Shown: piece after piece, positions 50,134 through 59,886 of the stretch
Numbering within the stretch: the first letter of the stretch is position 1
Layout: every line of letters begins with the position of its first letter
Virus record (IMG/VR): IMGVR_UViG_3300036770_007703
Coordinates: 21,289-85,288 of that record
Length of the DNA: 64,000 bases
Direction: 5' to 3' (one strand)
Source: a virus
Translations under genes and position numbers: made by a program
The notes under the pieces: model-generated
Databases searched by the model: none
The model's input: the letters and a program-made list of their open reading frames with translations, nothing else
Told to the model about the DNA's origin: nothing

Positions 50134-50770
50134 AATAAAACACATAGTCGCTGCCGGTTCAAGTTTTACCGCAGACGGTCGCGGTGGTGTGCCTTTACAG
50201 GGCAACAGTTTCTTTCCCGATGGTGCAGTCCCGCGTACATGGGCGTCATGGTTGGCAAAATGGTGCCAAGCTCAAAGCATGATCAACCTGGCCGCCAGTG
50301 GCCACGGAAACATGCTCACTGCATTGGCCCTGCCTTGGATACTAGAACACTGTGATTATGATCCCGACCATACCTTGGTGCTGGTGCAGTTTACCACCAA
50401 ACCTAGATACGATGAGATGTGTGTGTGGGACCACCCACATCGCAGTCCACATGTGCCTTGGACACAACAAGATTTGCCGTTCACGTTCCTAGATCGCAGT
50501 CATGCCGACGAGATCTTGCGTGCCCAAGACATTGACATGATCGAATGGCAGAACTTGCAGGCCGCGAGATCCTGCCTGGCTTGGCTGAGCCAGAGTCCCT
50601 GGCGCTGGCGAGCAGTGATAGACCAGGGCAACATAGGCGTCGATCATGCTTGGTTGGATCCCATGGCCATGCTTGACCGGTCTCGAGATCTCGACGATGT
50701 CACAGCCGATCAACATCCCGGTGATCGAGCGCACAGAGCGATCGCTGAAAAAATTTTTGATACTCTTTGA
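50102..50770 (+). CDS. SGNH/GDSL-like protein
   Basis: VAAGSSFT, NLAASGHGN, DQHPGDRAH. Confidence 0.65.
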   Translation: MFSPGHALDSKIKHIVAAGSSFTADGRGGVPLQGNSFFPDGAVPRTWASWLAKWCQAQSMINLAASGHGNMLTALALPWILEHCDYDPDHTLVLVQFTTKPRYDEMCVWDHPHRSPHVPWTQQDLPFTFLDRSHADEILRAQDIDMIEWQNLQAARSCLAWLSQSPWRWRAVIDQGNIGVDHAWLDPMAMLDRSRDLDDVTADQHPGDRAHRAIAEKIFDTL

Positions 50771-51087
50771 TCATGAACAAGCCCGATCTCGAACGCGACT
50801 TGCTCGGCACCGATTGGATATTGACCAAAGTGCGTGACAATCCTGTATACGCACAAAAACTTTACAGTGCCTTGTGCAACCAACGGTTCCAAAAAATCGA
50901 AGTCATGCCCATACTCCTGGATCAGGAATGGTCGTGTTCGTGGCGTTATGCCGGGGGCATCATCGCGGAGATGTTGGGGCAAGGTGACTATATTGATTGG
51001 TATTGCAGTGGCAACGAAGGCTTGATCGATCCCGAGATCGCTGTGGATTTGCGAGAATTGGGATGGACTGTGTTGAAAGATGAATGA
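50767..51087 (+). CDS. hypothetical protein
   Basis: ORF track. Confidence 0.65.
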   Translation: MIMNKPDLERDLLGTDWILTKVRDNPVYAQKLYSALCNQRFQKIEVMPILLDQEWSCSWRYAGGIIAEMLGQGDYIDWYCSGNEGLIDPEIAVDLRELGWTVLKDE

Positions 51088-51310
51088 ATGGTACGAACTC
51101 TGTTTGTGGGATTACACCGCCGGTCAAGTCAGCGACTTGGTGAGAGACATACAATCAACCTTTGGCATCGATCGCGATGAATTCGAATTCAAATTCCGGC
51201 CAGCCTGGGTCAATGAACAGGATCTTGTTGTTTCCCAACATCGTAGATCCGTGGTTTTTCGATTCCGGGACCCGGCCATCATCACATGGCTGAAACTGAA
51301 ACTGACCTAG
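51080..51310 (+). CDS. hypothetical protein
   Basis: ORF track. Confidence 0.6.
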   Translation: MNEWYELCLWDYTAGQVSDLVRDIQSTFGIDRDEFEFKFRPAWVNEQDLVVSQHRRSVVFRFRDPAIITWLKLKLT

Positions 51311-51693
51311 AACACGAGCTGTGGCGCCAACTGCGTGGCATACGCAGAGTGGTGATCAATGCCTGTCATGGTGGATTCAGTCTCAGTCACGAAGCCATCC
51401 TGCGCTGGCATGAACTGCAAGGTATTCCAATCTACCATCATTGTTTGCCCGACAGCACAGTGATGCTGTATTATCGTGATCCCACGGATATCAAAAATTC
51501 AACATGGAGCGATGACGACATAGAGCGCGACGATCCTTATCTGGTGCGAGTGGTGCAGGAAATGGGCAGTGATCGCGCAGGTGGACCATATTCAATGCTC
51601 AAGATCGTGGAAATCCCCGAATCCGTGACCTGGGAGGTGCACGACTACGACGGCATGGAGTGGGTGGCCGAAAAGCATCGCACATGGTCTTGA
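51286..51693 (+). CDS. hypothetical phage protein
   Basis: VVINACHGGFSLS...RDDPYLV.VV...YDGMEWV. Confidence 0.65.
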   Translation: MAETETDLEHELWRQLRGIRRVVINACHGGFSLSHEAILRWHELQGIPIYHHCLPDSTVMLYYRDPTDIKNSTWSDDDIERDDPYLVRVVQEMGSDRAGGPYSMLKIVEIPESVTWEVHDYDGMEWVAEKHRTWS

Positions 51694-51732
51694 TCTGTGT
51701 TAAACTGAGTTTAACGATTCCAAGGATAGGAT

Positions 51733-52626
51733 ATGGCCACCAAACAGCAAAAACAAGAACTGATAGAAGCATTGAAGTTCACCCCTAGAGAGATCAGTAT
51801 CATGCTATCCGGTTACGGCGGCGAAATAGTCATGGGTCGCGTGAGCCGGGAAGCCTACAAGTGGTGGAATCAACGCGACGATGTCTCCATCGATGACTGG
51901 GTCTGGGGCTGGAATTGGGAAGATGAGCATCCTGACATAACAGTGCCCGAGCATGCGCAGTTCGTTGGCAACGGTGAGTGGCATGACTGTGATGATCTCG
52001 CTCATGAATCGGGTGTAGAAATCGGTGGGTCGTGCTGGATCACGGTCACTGATCAACTCACCGGAGAAACTATTTTAGAATCCACCCTGGATCACCACGC
52101 ACTGGAATCACATGGCATCGAGTGCGAATGCATGGGCAGTACCGAACGCGACGAAGCCGGTGTTGGCAACGCAGTGTTCGTGGGACAGAGTATCGAAAAG
52201 GGTGTGTTTTTTGAAGCCACCGTGACCATCACCCGCCCATTTGATCCCAGTCAACTGCGTCTTGGGTATTGGAGCATCGATGACTGGAATATTTGTCAAA
52301 GCGTGGAATACTGTGGCGAAGAGTTGGAGGGCACCGATGCATACAGCACCAACGGCAAAGGCAGCGAATGCTGGTTGGAGTACATCGGCGAAAACCCCGA
52401 CACCGATCCCTACGATGAAAAAACAGTGTGGGCTCCAAACCAACTCAGTGAATGGCATGCCATAGATTCTAGTTTTCCACAACATCCCGGCTGCTATCAA
52501 GTGCGAGAAAATGAGTGGGGGTTTGTGAGGCGCGCCTTTTTTGTGGACGGTGCATGGGTAGATCACGATGGTAAAAAGCTAGACGCTGACATCAACGCCT
52601 GGCGCGGACTGCGCGAGCCGGTATAA
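51733..52626 (+). CDS. acidic hypothetical protein
   Basis: SD AGGA; ORF track. Confidence 0.65.
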   Translation: MATKQQKQELIEALKFTPREISIMLSGYGGEIVMGRVSREAYKWWNQRDDVSIDDWVWGWNWEDEHPDITVPEHAQFVGNGEWHDCDDLAHESGVEIGGSCWITVTDQLTGETILESTLDHHALESHGIECECMGSTERDEAGVGNAVFVGQSIEKGVFFEATVTITRPFDPSQLRLGYWSIDDWNICQSVEYCGEELEGTDAYSTNGKGSECWLEYIGENPDTDPYDEKTVWAPNQLSEWHAIDSSFPQHPGCYQVRENEWGFVRRAFFVDGAWVDHDGKKLDADINAWRGLREPV

Positions 52627-52677
52627 TTTTTCCCGGATCAAGGTGGCAATAAGTATGTAGATATTGCCGAGGATGAC

Positions 52678-53631
52678 ATGATCAAATTCTGGTTCGATCG
52701 TTACCGTGTAAACCGCCCCAGTCATAGAATACGGGCTCGACTACCAGCCGAAGAATTGCAGAGGCAGGGTTACAACTCTGCCGTGGTCAGTGACTTGAAC
52801 CAAGTCACTGCCGGTGACATGGTGATCATCACCAAAGACAGCCGACCCGAGAGCCTGCACAATCTCCGTGCCCGTGGTGCAGTGGTAGGATTCGATCTCT
52901 GCGACAACAAATTCGATGAACCCGAAGAAGGCGACCTCTATCGTTTGATGTGTCGCGAAGCCGACTTTGTGACCGCCAATACTCCCACCATGCAGCAAGT
53001 GGTCAAACATCACACCGGCCTGGACAGCATGCTTTATATCGATCCCGTGGATCATCCCCGAGGTGAGGCACGGGCCCGACCCAACAACATACCCCTCAAA
53101 ATGGTTTGGTATGGTGGTCGTAGCAGTATCAAGTACGTGGGTTGGGAATCAGTGATGCGTGATCTCCACAAGTTGACTGTGCCCTGGGAACTCACTGTGA
53201 TCTGCGATCGCGTCAACAAAGTACAACCGGGATTTTCGCGCGATTGTTTGGACCCGGCCAGTCGCGTCAAGTTCCAGGAATGGAGTTGGGATATGCAACA
53301 ACAATGCGTGGATGAATGCGACATTGTTTTGATCCCCATAACCAACGGTGATGATCGCACACGACGCCGGACCGTGACCAAGAGCCACAATCGTTTGGTG
53401 GATGCGATATCACAAGGAAGATGGGTGATCAGTTCTTCGATACCCAGCTACGAGATTTTGGCCAATTACTGTTGGCTGGGCGATGTGCTGCGCGGAGTTC
53501 GTTTCTATCTCGAGCAACCACAACGAGTGGTAGAACGCATCCAACAAGGTCAGCAGTGGATACAAGAAAATGCTTCGGTGCAGGTGGCAGCTGGCCAACT
53601 CATCGACATCTATAACAAGACAAGGAAATAG
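52678..53631 (+). CDS. GT-B-like glycosyltransferase
   Basis: SHRIRA..P, FDLCD, VWYG, CDIVLIP, KSHNRLVDA..G..VI. Confidence 0.65.
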   Translation: MIKFWFDRYRVNRPSHRIRARLPAEELQRQGYNSAVVSDLNQVTAGDMVIITKDSRPESLHNLRARGAVVGFDLCDNKFDEPEEGDLYRLMCREADFVTANTPTMQQVVKHHTGLDSMLYIDPVDHPRGEARARPNNIPLKMVWYGGRSSIKYVGWESVMRDLHKLTVPWELTVICDRVNKVQPGFSRDCLDPASRVKFQEWSWDMQQQCVDECDIVLIPITNGDDRTRRRTVTKSHNRLVDAISQGRWVISSSIPSYEILANYCWLGDVLRGVRFYLEQPQRVVERIQQGQQWIQENASVQVAAGQLIDIYNKTRK

Positions 53632-53632
53632 C

Positions 53633-54658
53633 ATGAGCAAAACTGTGTTGGTAACTGGTGGTGCCGGATTTATAGCCCACCATCTCATTGACAAGATACT
53701 GGGAGAAACCGATTGGCGTGTGGTCACCTTGGATCGATTAGATTACAGCGGAAATCTCAATCGACTCAACGAAGTGGTCATGAGCCATCCTGTCAGTGAG
53801 CGACAACGAGTTCGAGTGGTACATCATGATCTCAGAGCCGAACTCAATCCACAGATAAGGGCCATGATCGGCAAAGTAGATCTCATCGCGCATCTAGCAG
53901 CCGGATCGCACGTGGATCGCAGCATCCAATATCCCATGGAGTTCGTGCAAGACAATGTGGTGGGCACTGTGAATCTCATGGACTATGCTCGTAATTTAGA
54001 CAGCCTGGATCTATTCGCATACTTCAGCACCGACGAGATCTTTGGACCTGCACCACCTGGTGTGGCCTATCGCGAAAACGATAGATACAACAGCACCAAT
54101 CCCTATTCGGCCACCAAGGCCGCTGCCGAAGAGATGGTGGTGGCCTATGAAAACACCTATGGTCTTCCGGCCATCATCACGCACACCATGAACGTGTTTG
54201 GTGAACGGCAGCATCCAGAAAAATTCATACCCTTGTGCATCAAGCGTGTGCGCGATGGCGAGACCATACACATACACAGCAACCCCGAACGCACACAGGC
54301 CGGCAGTCGTCATTACATACATGCCAAAGACGTGGCCGATGCTTTGATGTTTTTGTATCGCAGCGATCTCAGCAAACTGCCAACCGACTATGGCGGCGCC
54401 AAGTGCCAGAAATTCAACATCGTGGGTGCCAGCGAGATTGACAATCTCAGTCTAGCCAAATTCATCGCCCAGTGCCAGGGACGTGACCTCAAGTTCGAAA
54501 TGGTGGATTTCCATAGCAGCCGTCCCGGGCATGACCTACGCTACGCATTGGATGGAACCAAGATGCGTGATCTAGGCTGGCAGCCGCAGCCGGTGTTTGA
54601 TCGCTTGCAACAAGTGGTGAGCTGGACATTGGAAAACAATCGATGGCTCAAGATCTAG
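53633..54658 (+). CDS. rmlB: dTDP-glucose 4,6-dehydratase-like SDR
   Basis: TGGAGFI, HLAAGSHVDRSI, STDEIFG, YSATK, RPGHDLRYALD. Confidence 0.85.
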   Translation: MSKTVLVTGGAGFIAHHLIDKILGETDWRVVTLDRLDYSGNLNRLNEVVMSHPVSERQRVRVVHHDLRAELNPQIRAMIGKVDLIAHLAAGSHVDRSIQYPMEFVQDNVVGTVNLMDYARNLDSLDLFAYFSTDEIFGPAPPGVAYRENDRYNSTNPYSATKAAAEEMVVAYENTYGLPAIITHTMNVFGERQHPEKFIPLCIKRVRDGETIHIHSNPERTQAGSRHYIHAKDVADALMFLYRSDLSKLPTDYGGAKCQKFNIVGASEIDNLSLAKFIAQCQGRDLKFEMVDFHSSRPGHDLRYALDGTKMRDLGWQPQPVFDRLQQVVSWTLENNRWLKI

Positions 54659-55209
54659 CCAGCCGCGTCACAGAAGTGGCCCAGCAAGGCGGCGTGGTGC
54701 GGCTGCATCTGGGATCAGGTCCGGTGATCATGCCGGGATGGATCAATGTGGACGGAGATTACATGAGCCATCATCCCGATGTGATCATCCATGACATCAC
54801 CCAGCCCTTGCCCTTGCCCGATGGCTCGGTGCATGAGATACTTTCGGTGCATGTGATCGAACACATCATGCCGCATCTGGTGCCTGTGATGTTGCAGGAT
54901 TGGTTGCGTGTGCTTGAGCCTGGTGGATGCGTGGCCGTGGAATGGCCCGATCTCTTGAAGATATGCCAACGCATCGTAGAAGATCCCAGTTGTTTGTATT
55001 CTACCGAACCCAAGACCATGAAGGCCACTATCGCCGGGATTTTTGGAAATATCAGCAAGTATCGAGACGTGGCCATGTTGCATAAATGGGGCTACTCTGC
55101 CGAAAGCCTTTCGGTGTTGATGAAACGAGCAGGGTTCCAGCGTGTAGAGACACAAGAAAATCATTATCGAAAAAGCAAGGTGGACAGCCGAGTGGTGGGC
55201 TACAAATGA
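54643..55209 (+). CDS. class I SAM methyltransferase
   Basis: LHLGSG, WINVD, HVIEHI, RVLEPGG. Confidence 0.8.
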   Translation: MAQDLASRVTEVAQQGGVVRLHLGSGPVIMPGWINVDGDYMSHHPDVIIHDITQPLPLPDGSVHEILSVHVIEHIMPHLVPVMLQDWLRVLEPGGCVAVEWPDLLKICQRIVEDPSCLYSTEPKTMKATIAGIFGNISKYRDVAMLHKWGYSAESLSVLMKRAGFQRVETQENHYRKSKVDSRVVGYK

Positions 55210-55526
55210 AGCATCGACGTTTGGGCGAAGTAGGACGTCGTGGCTGGTTCATTGGCGACTACCCCGAGGCTGTGATACCGAGCAAGCACGTGGAAATCTG
55301 TTATGTCGAGGAAGGGCCGGGTCCGGTACCGCCTCACTATCATCGCGTGTGTTCCGAGATCGTGGTCATTGTGTCAGGGCATGTGCAGTATCAGGGAAAG
55401 GTCTATTCCGATCGTGACATACTGATACTCGAACCCGGTGAAGTCAACGACATGATCATGCTGGACCGTTGCCAGATCATCGGTGTCAAAATGCCGGCCG
55501 GTGGTGATGACAAGGTGTATGTCTGA
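55206..55526 (+). CDS. cupin-fold protein
   Basis: GWFIGD, HYH...E. Confidence 0.65.
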   Translation: MKHRRLGEVGRRGWFIGDYPEAVIPSKHVEICYVEEGPGPVPPHYHRVCSEIVVIVSGHVQYQGKVYSDRDILILEPGEVNDMIMLDRCQIIGVKMPAGGDDKVYV

Positions 55527-56100
55527 GCTCATCAGCGACCAATACCGCCGGCAACTGGAAAAACTGCATCAAGGTGCCAGCTTTGGCAAGCGGCGGAAAA
55601 TGCCGTTGCATCTAGCCGAGTTTATACAAAACGTCAATCCAGCATCTATCATAGATTTCGGATGCGGCAAAGGCAATCTCGTGTCCACGTTGCGAGATAC
55701 ATTTCCCAACATTTCGGTGCGTGGATATGATCCTGCTGTGCGAGAACATTCGGCATCCATAGACGATGTCAAGGTGGATCTCTTGATCAGCACCGATGCA
55801 TTAGAACATGTGGAACCCGATCACATCGATCACACACTGGCATGGTTGAGGGATCGCAGTCGTTACATATATCATCTCATAAGCCTGGCACCGGCCAAGC
55901 GTCGTTTGCCCGACGGAAGGAACGCTCATCTCATCCAAGAATCTCCCCAATGGTGGCGTGCAAAGTTCCTGGATTTGGGGTACGAGATCCTCGGCGAAGA
56001 CTATCGTGAATTCGAAAAAACTCCATCGGGTTGGACCAAACCGTTGCCGGTGCGACACTACATGATCATGGCACAAACTATTGAGTCTATAAAAAAATAA
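55519..56100 (+). CDS. class I SAM methyltransferase
   Basis: IIDFGCGKG, GYDP, STDALEHVEP. Confidence 0.8.
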   Translation: MSELISDQYRRQLEKLHQGASFGKRRKMPLHLAEFIQNVNPASIIDFGCGKGNLVSTLRDTFPNISVRGYDPAVREHSASIDDVKVDLLISTDALEHVEPDHIDHTLAWLRDRSRYIYHLISLAPAKRRLPDGRNAHLIQESPQWWRAKFLDLGYEILGEDYREFEKTPSGWTKPLPVRHYMIMAQTIESIKK

Positions 56101-56123
56101 TATTAAGAATACACGGAAATCAG

Positions 56124-56152
56124 TTGATTTCTATGATATATAAGTGTACAAT
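56124..56152 (+). promoter_or_regulatory. sigma70-type promoter for ahpC
   Basis: TTGATT-17 nt-TACAAT in AT-rich intergenic region. Confidence 0.55.
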
Positions 56153-56210
56153 TTATTCATGCGGCGCACAAAGTTTCGCATGACTCAACCTCAACCCGAA
56201 AGGAAACACA

Positions 56211-56744
56211 ATGAAAACTGTAGGACAGAAACTCTCCCCCTTTGCCATCACCGGCGTCAATCCCGGCAAAGACGATTTTTTCACCATCACCGAAGATAGC
56301 TTCGCCGGCAAGTGGAAAGTGATCGTTTACTACCCCAAGGACTTCACATTTGTTTGCCCCACAGAGATCGTGGCCTATGACAAACTGTTCCAAGACTTTG
56401 CGGACCGTGATGCTGTGCTGCTCACAGGTAGCACAGACAACGAGTTCTGCAAACTGGCCTGGCAGGCATCTCACGAAGATCTCCGGAAGATCCGGCACAT
56501 CCAGTTCGCTGATACCCAACGCAACGATCTCAGTCTGATCCAGCAACTGGGCGTGTTCTATGCCCCCGCTGGTGCTGCCTTGCGTGCCACATTCATTGTC
56601 GATCCCGACAATGTGATTCAGCACGTCACTGTGAACAACCTCAACGTGGGTCGCAGCCCCGAAGAGACCTTGCGTGTGCTGGATGCCCTGCAGACCGGCG
56701 AGCTCTGTGCCTGCAATCGCACAGTTGGCGGTGAGACACTGTAA
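56211..56744 (+). CDS. ahpC: 2-Cys peroxiredoxin AhpC
   Basis: YPKDFTFVCPTE, RATFIVDP, GRSPEE.LR.LDALQ, LCAC. Confidence 0.95.
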   Translation: MKTVGQKLSPFAITGVNPGKDDFFTITEDSFAGKWKVIVYYPKDFTFVCPTEIVAYDKLFQDFADRDAVLLTGSTDNEFCKLAWQASHEDLRKIRHIQFADTQRNDLSLIQQLGVFYAPAGAALRATFIVDPDNVIQHVTVNNLNVGRSPEETLRVLDALQTGELCACNRTVGGETL

Positions 56745-56746
56745 TC

Positions 56747-57376
56747 ATGCTCGAGACCATATGTGACACCATGGTCGAGGCTTACCGTCGCAATTGGATC
56801 ACCAGTCGCGACGGTAATGTCAGCATCCGGCATCACGACCGAGATCATTTTTATATCACTCCTTCTGGAGTTCGTAAGCAGACCCTGCAGCCCGATCAGT
56901 TCAAGAAGATTGGGTTGATGCCTGATAGCACTTGGAGCGAGTTGCCCTATACCGACATCAGCGCCCAGCTACGACCCAGCGGCGAAATACCGTTGCACTT
57001 TGGTCTCCAGAAGATGATGGGTCAGCACAGTCATGATGTGCGAGTGGTCATGCATTTCCATCCCACTTATTGTGTGGCTGCCATGCATGCTGGCATCGAG
57101 TTGGCAAACATAGCCACAGACTTTCCCGAGCTGAGTCGCTACACCCGAGTTGGCAAGAATGTCGGCGATGTTGCTCCCATCAGCCAAGAACTGGCAGATC
57201 AGTGTTTTGCTAGTTTCAAACTGAACAGCCGGGGATTCATCGACTGTGACATCGTGGGTATCAAGGGTCATGGTGTGGTTGCCGTGGACACCAGTCCCTG
57301 GCGTGCGTTCGAACACATCGAGCGTCTAGAGCATATCTGCAAAATCGTTCTTGTATCGAAAGGATATCAATCATGA
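56747..57376 (+). CDS. class II aldolase/adducin family (MtnB/FucA-like)
   Basis: DGNVS, ITPSG, PSGE..LH, HFHP, GHG. Confidence 0.85.
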   Translation: MLETICDTMVEAYRRNWITSRDGNVSIRHHDRDHFYITPSGVRKQTLQPDQFKKIGLMPDSTWSELPYTDISAQLRPSGEIPLHFGLQKMMGQHSHDVRVVMHFHPTYCVAAMHAGIELANIATDFPELSRYTRVGKNVGDVAPISQELADQCFASFKLNSRGFIDCDIVGIKGHGVVAVDTSPWRAFEHIERLEHICKIVLVSKGYQS

Positions 57377-57441
57377 GCTATAGAGAACAATTTGAATACC
57401 TCAAACAATATCACTGCCCCACGTGCAGGAAAGGAAAATAA
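57373..57441 (+). CDS. 22-aa CxxC micro-ORF (MSYREQFEYLKQYHCPTCRKGK)
   Basis: SD AAGGA, ATGA overlap with upstream stop, TAA 1 nt before ahpD ATG. Confidence 0.45.
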   Translation: MSYREQFEYLKQYHCPTCRKGK

Positions 57442-57442
57442 C

Positions 57443-57961
57443 ATGACACAATGGGTAGACCTACTCAAAGAAAACAGCATTCCTGAATACGCCAAGGATG
57501 CTCGACTCAACATCGACGCTGTGATCAAGCGTTCGACCATGCCGGTAGAAGAAGCCGAAGCCTGTGCCCTGGCCGCGGCCTTTGCCACTAGCAATTCCAA
57601 GTTCTGGACCTGGTTGCATGCTCAACTGGAAAACCGAGTAGAAGCTGACGCTGCTCTGGCTGCCGCAGTGACCATGGCGCAGAACAATGTGTGGTATCCC
57701 TATGTGGAAATGGCCGCTGACGATGCATTGTCAGGCTTGCCCGCACAGCTCAGGATGAATGCCATCATGTCACACGGTGGCACCACCAAGGCCAGATTCG
57801 AGGCCTACAGCTTGGCAGCAAGCATCGTGGGCAAGTGTCATTTCTGCGTGAAAGCACACTACGATACCTTGAAGAAAGAGGGCTACACTGTAGAGCAGCT
57901 CAGAGATATCGGTAGGATCGCTGCGGTGATGACGGCAGTGAGTCGCGTGATCGCCAACTAA
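57443..57961 (+). CDS. ahpD: alkyl hydroperoxide reductase AhpD
   Basis: PEYAKDARLN, MAQNNVWY, SIVGKCHFCVKAH. Confidence 0.92.
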   Translation: MTQWVDLLKENSIPEYAKDARLNIDAVIKRSTMPVEEAEACALAAAFATSNSKFWTWLHAQLENRVEADAALAAAVTMAQNNVWYPYVEMAADDALSGLPAQLRMNAIMSHGGTTKARFEAYSLAASIVGKCHFCVKAHYDTLKKEGYTVEQLRDIGRIAAVMTAVSRVIAN

Positions 57962-57962
57962 C

Positions 57963-57988
57963 AGGAACCGCCCCCGCGGCGGTTCTTT
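57963..57988 (+). terminator. intrinsic terminator after ahpD
   Basis: AGGAACCGCC/GGCGGTTCTT hairpin, short T run. Confidence 0.6.
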
Positions 57989-58046
57989 CCGCTAAATATC
58001 AATGTTCCCTTGATTCGTGAGATCGCGATCTCACCGGATCGCCTCG

Positions 58047-59861
58047 ATGAAAAACATCTACATTTTCCAACCACAATACGATGTTGATTATCGCGGAGAC
58101 AAACAATACTGGATCCCGTACAGCGCAGGCACGCTCTGGGCCTATGTGAGCCAGTTTGATGACATCCGCGACAACTTCTGCCTGGCTGACATCATCTTCC
58201 GTCGCGAAGACCTTGATCAGGTGCTTGCTCGCATGGAAGATCCGGTATTGTGCGCATTTAGTTGCTATCAATGGAATCGCACCTACTGTCTGACCGCAGC
58301 ACAACGCATACGTCAGCGTTGGCCTGGATGCTTTATAGTGTTTGGCGGTCCTGAAACCACGCTGGGGTTCCTGGATCATGATTACATAGACACCGTGGTC
58401 ATGGGCGAAGGTGAGCTTGCGTTCCGAGACATACTGCAATCATTGTCAAAATCACAGACACCCGAAGATGTTTATCGGCGTGAGCGCATCGAAAACCTAG
58501 ATATACCCAGTCCCTATGCCATGGGCATCTTTGACCCATTGATACAGCGGCATCCTGATGCGCTGTGGGCCACCACCCTAGAAACCAATCGTGGTTGTCC
58601 ATTCTCTTGCACCTTTTGCGATTGGGGATCGGTGACCTACAGCAAGATCAAGCGTTTCAGCCTTGAGCGTGTGCGCGAAGATCTAGACTGGATCAGTCGC
58701 AACCCCATCACCTATGTCGTGTGTGCCGATGCCAACTTTGGCATCTTCAAAGAACGAGATCTCATAATAGCCGAGATGGTGTCAGAGGCCGGTCGCAAGA
58801 ATCCAAGATTCGAAGTTTTCAATGCCACTTTCAACAAAAACAACAACGAGTGGAGTTTCCGGATACTGGAAGCACTGGGCGAACTCAATCGCGGATTCAC
58901 TGTGAGCGTGCAGAGCATGAATCCCGACACCTTGCGTGCCATCAAACGCGACAATCTCGGCATCAATGATCTAGAAAAAATCTTCCGGCTCGCCCGTGAA
59001 CACGGTGTCACCAACAGCTACACCGAGCTCATACTGGGTTTGCCATTGGAGACCAATCGCACGTTCCGCAAGTCTATCTGTGACTTGTTAGAACTGGGCC
59101 AACATGGACAGATCGAAGTCTATTTCACCGATTTGTTGGTCAACAGCGAGCTTGGCAATGCCCTCACCAAGCGCACTTATGGTATCAAAACTGTGCGCAC
59201 TCGCAGTTATCTCACGCTCACCGACCCCGAGCACGACGATGGGTTGGGTGACGAGATCGAAATCGTGTGTGCCACCAGCACCATGAGCACTGCGGAAATG
59301 GTGGATGCCTACATGTTTGGTTGGTTGGTGATGAACTTGCATCATCAAGGCTTCAGCCAAGTCGTTTCGAAATATCTGAGACATCATGGTCACAGCTACC
59401 ACGACATCTATCACGCCATCGAAGTCGATTTCAAAACACACCACACACTGGGCAGGATCTGGAGCAACACTCGAGACATGATAGAAAAATTCCTCACCAC
59501 CGGCGAGCTACCACCCGGGAGGTTCGCTCACAACATGATACTCAACAGCGCTCGCAGCATCTATGATCACAAAACAGATGTGTTTGCACTCTTGGATTCG
59601 GTGATGCAACGATTTTCTTGTCACGATCACAGCATATCAAAACTGCAAAAACTCATGATTTTTGATGCCAATCACTGCTATCCCATGGAGATTTCGCTGG
59701 ATACCGATCCCAACGATTTTGAGTCCAGGACATCCACCTGGATGATCAGCAATCGATACCAGGACAGTCTACAGCATTTCGAGGATGCTTACTACAATCT
59801 ACGGCGCAAAGGCGCTCTCAAAAACCGTGTGGTAGAAATCGCATCGCGCTCTTTGACATAA
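58047..59861 (+). CDS. B12-binding radical SAM enzyme
   Basis: FSCYQWN, GGPE, GEGE, ETNRGCPFSCTFCDW, DANFG, LILGLP.ET. Confidence 0.88.
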   Translation: MKNIYIFQPQYDVDYRGDKQYWIPYSAGTLWAYVSQFDDIRDNFCLADIIFRREDLDQVLARMEDPVLCAFSCYQWNRTYCLTAAQRIRQRWPGCFIVFGGPETTLGFLDHDYIDTVVMGEGELAFRDILQSLSKSQTPEDVYRRERIENLDIPSPYAMGIFDPLIQRHPDALWATTLETNRGCPFSCTFCDWGSVTYSKIKRFSLERVREDLDWISRNPITYVVCADANFGIFKERDLIIAEMVSEAGRKNPRFEVFNATFNKNNNEWSFRILEALGELNRGFTVSVQSMNPDTLRAIKRDNLGINDLEKIFRLAREHGVTNSYTELILGLPLETNRTFRKSICDLLELGQHGQIEVYFTDLLVNSELGNALTKRTYGIKTVRTRSYLTLTDPEHDDGLGDEIEIVCATSTMSTAEMVDAYMFGWLVMNLHHQGFSQVVSKYLRHHGHSYHDIYHAIEVDFKTHHTLGRIWSNTRDMIEKFLTTGELPPGRFAHNMILNSARSIYDHKTDVFALLDSVMQRFSCHDHSISKLQKLMIFDANHCYPMEISLDTDPNDFESRTSTWMISNRYQDSLQHFEDAYYNLRRKGALKNRVVEIASRSLT

Positions 59862-59886
59862 ATATGTGTATATTCTGAGAGAACAC

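Noticed and set aside
56080-56140. OxyR box upstream of ahpC
   Set aside because: AT-rich with a CTAT, but the ATAG-N7-CTAT-N7-ATAG-N7-CTAT spacing could not be fitted.
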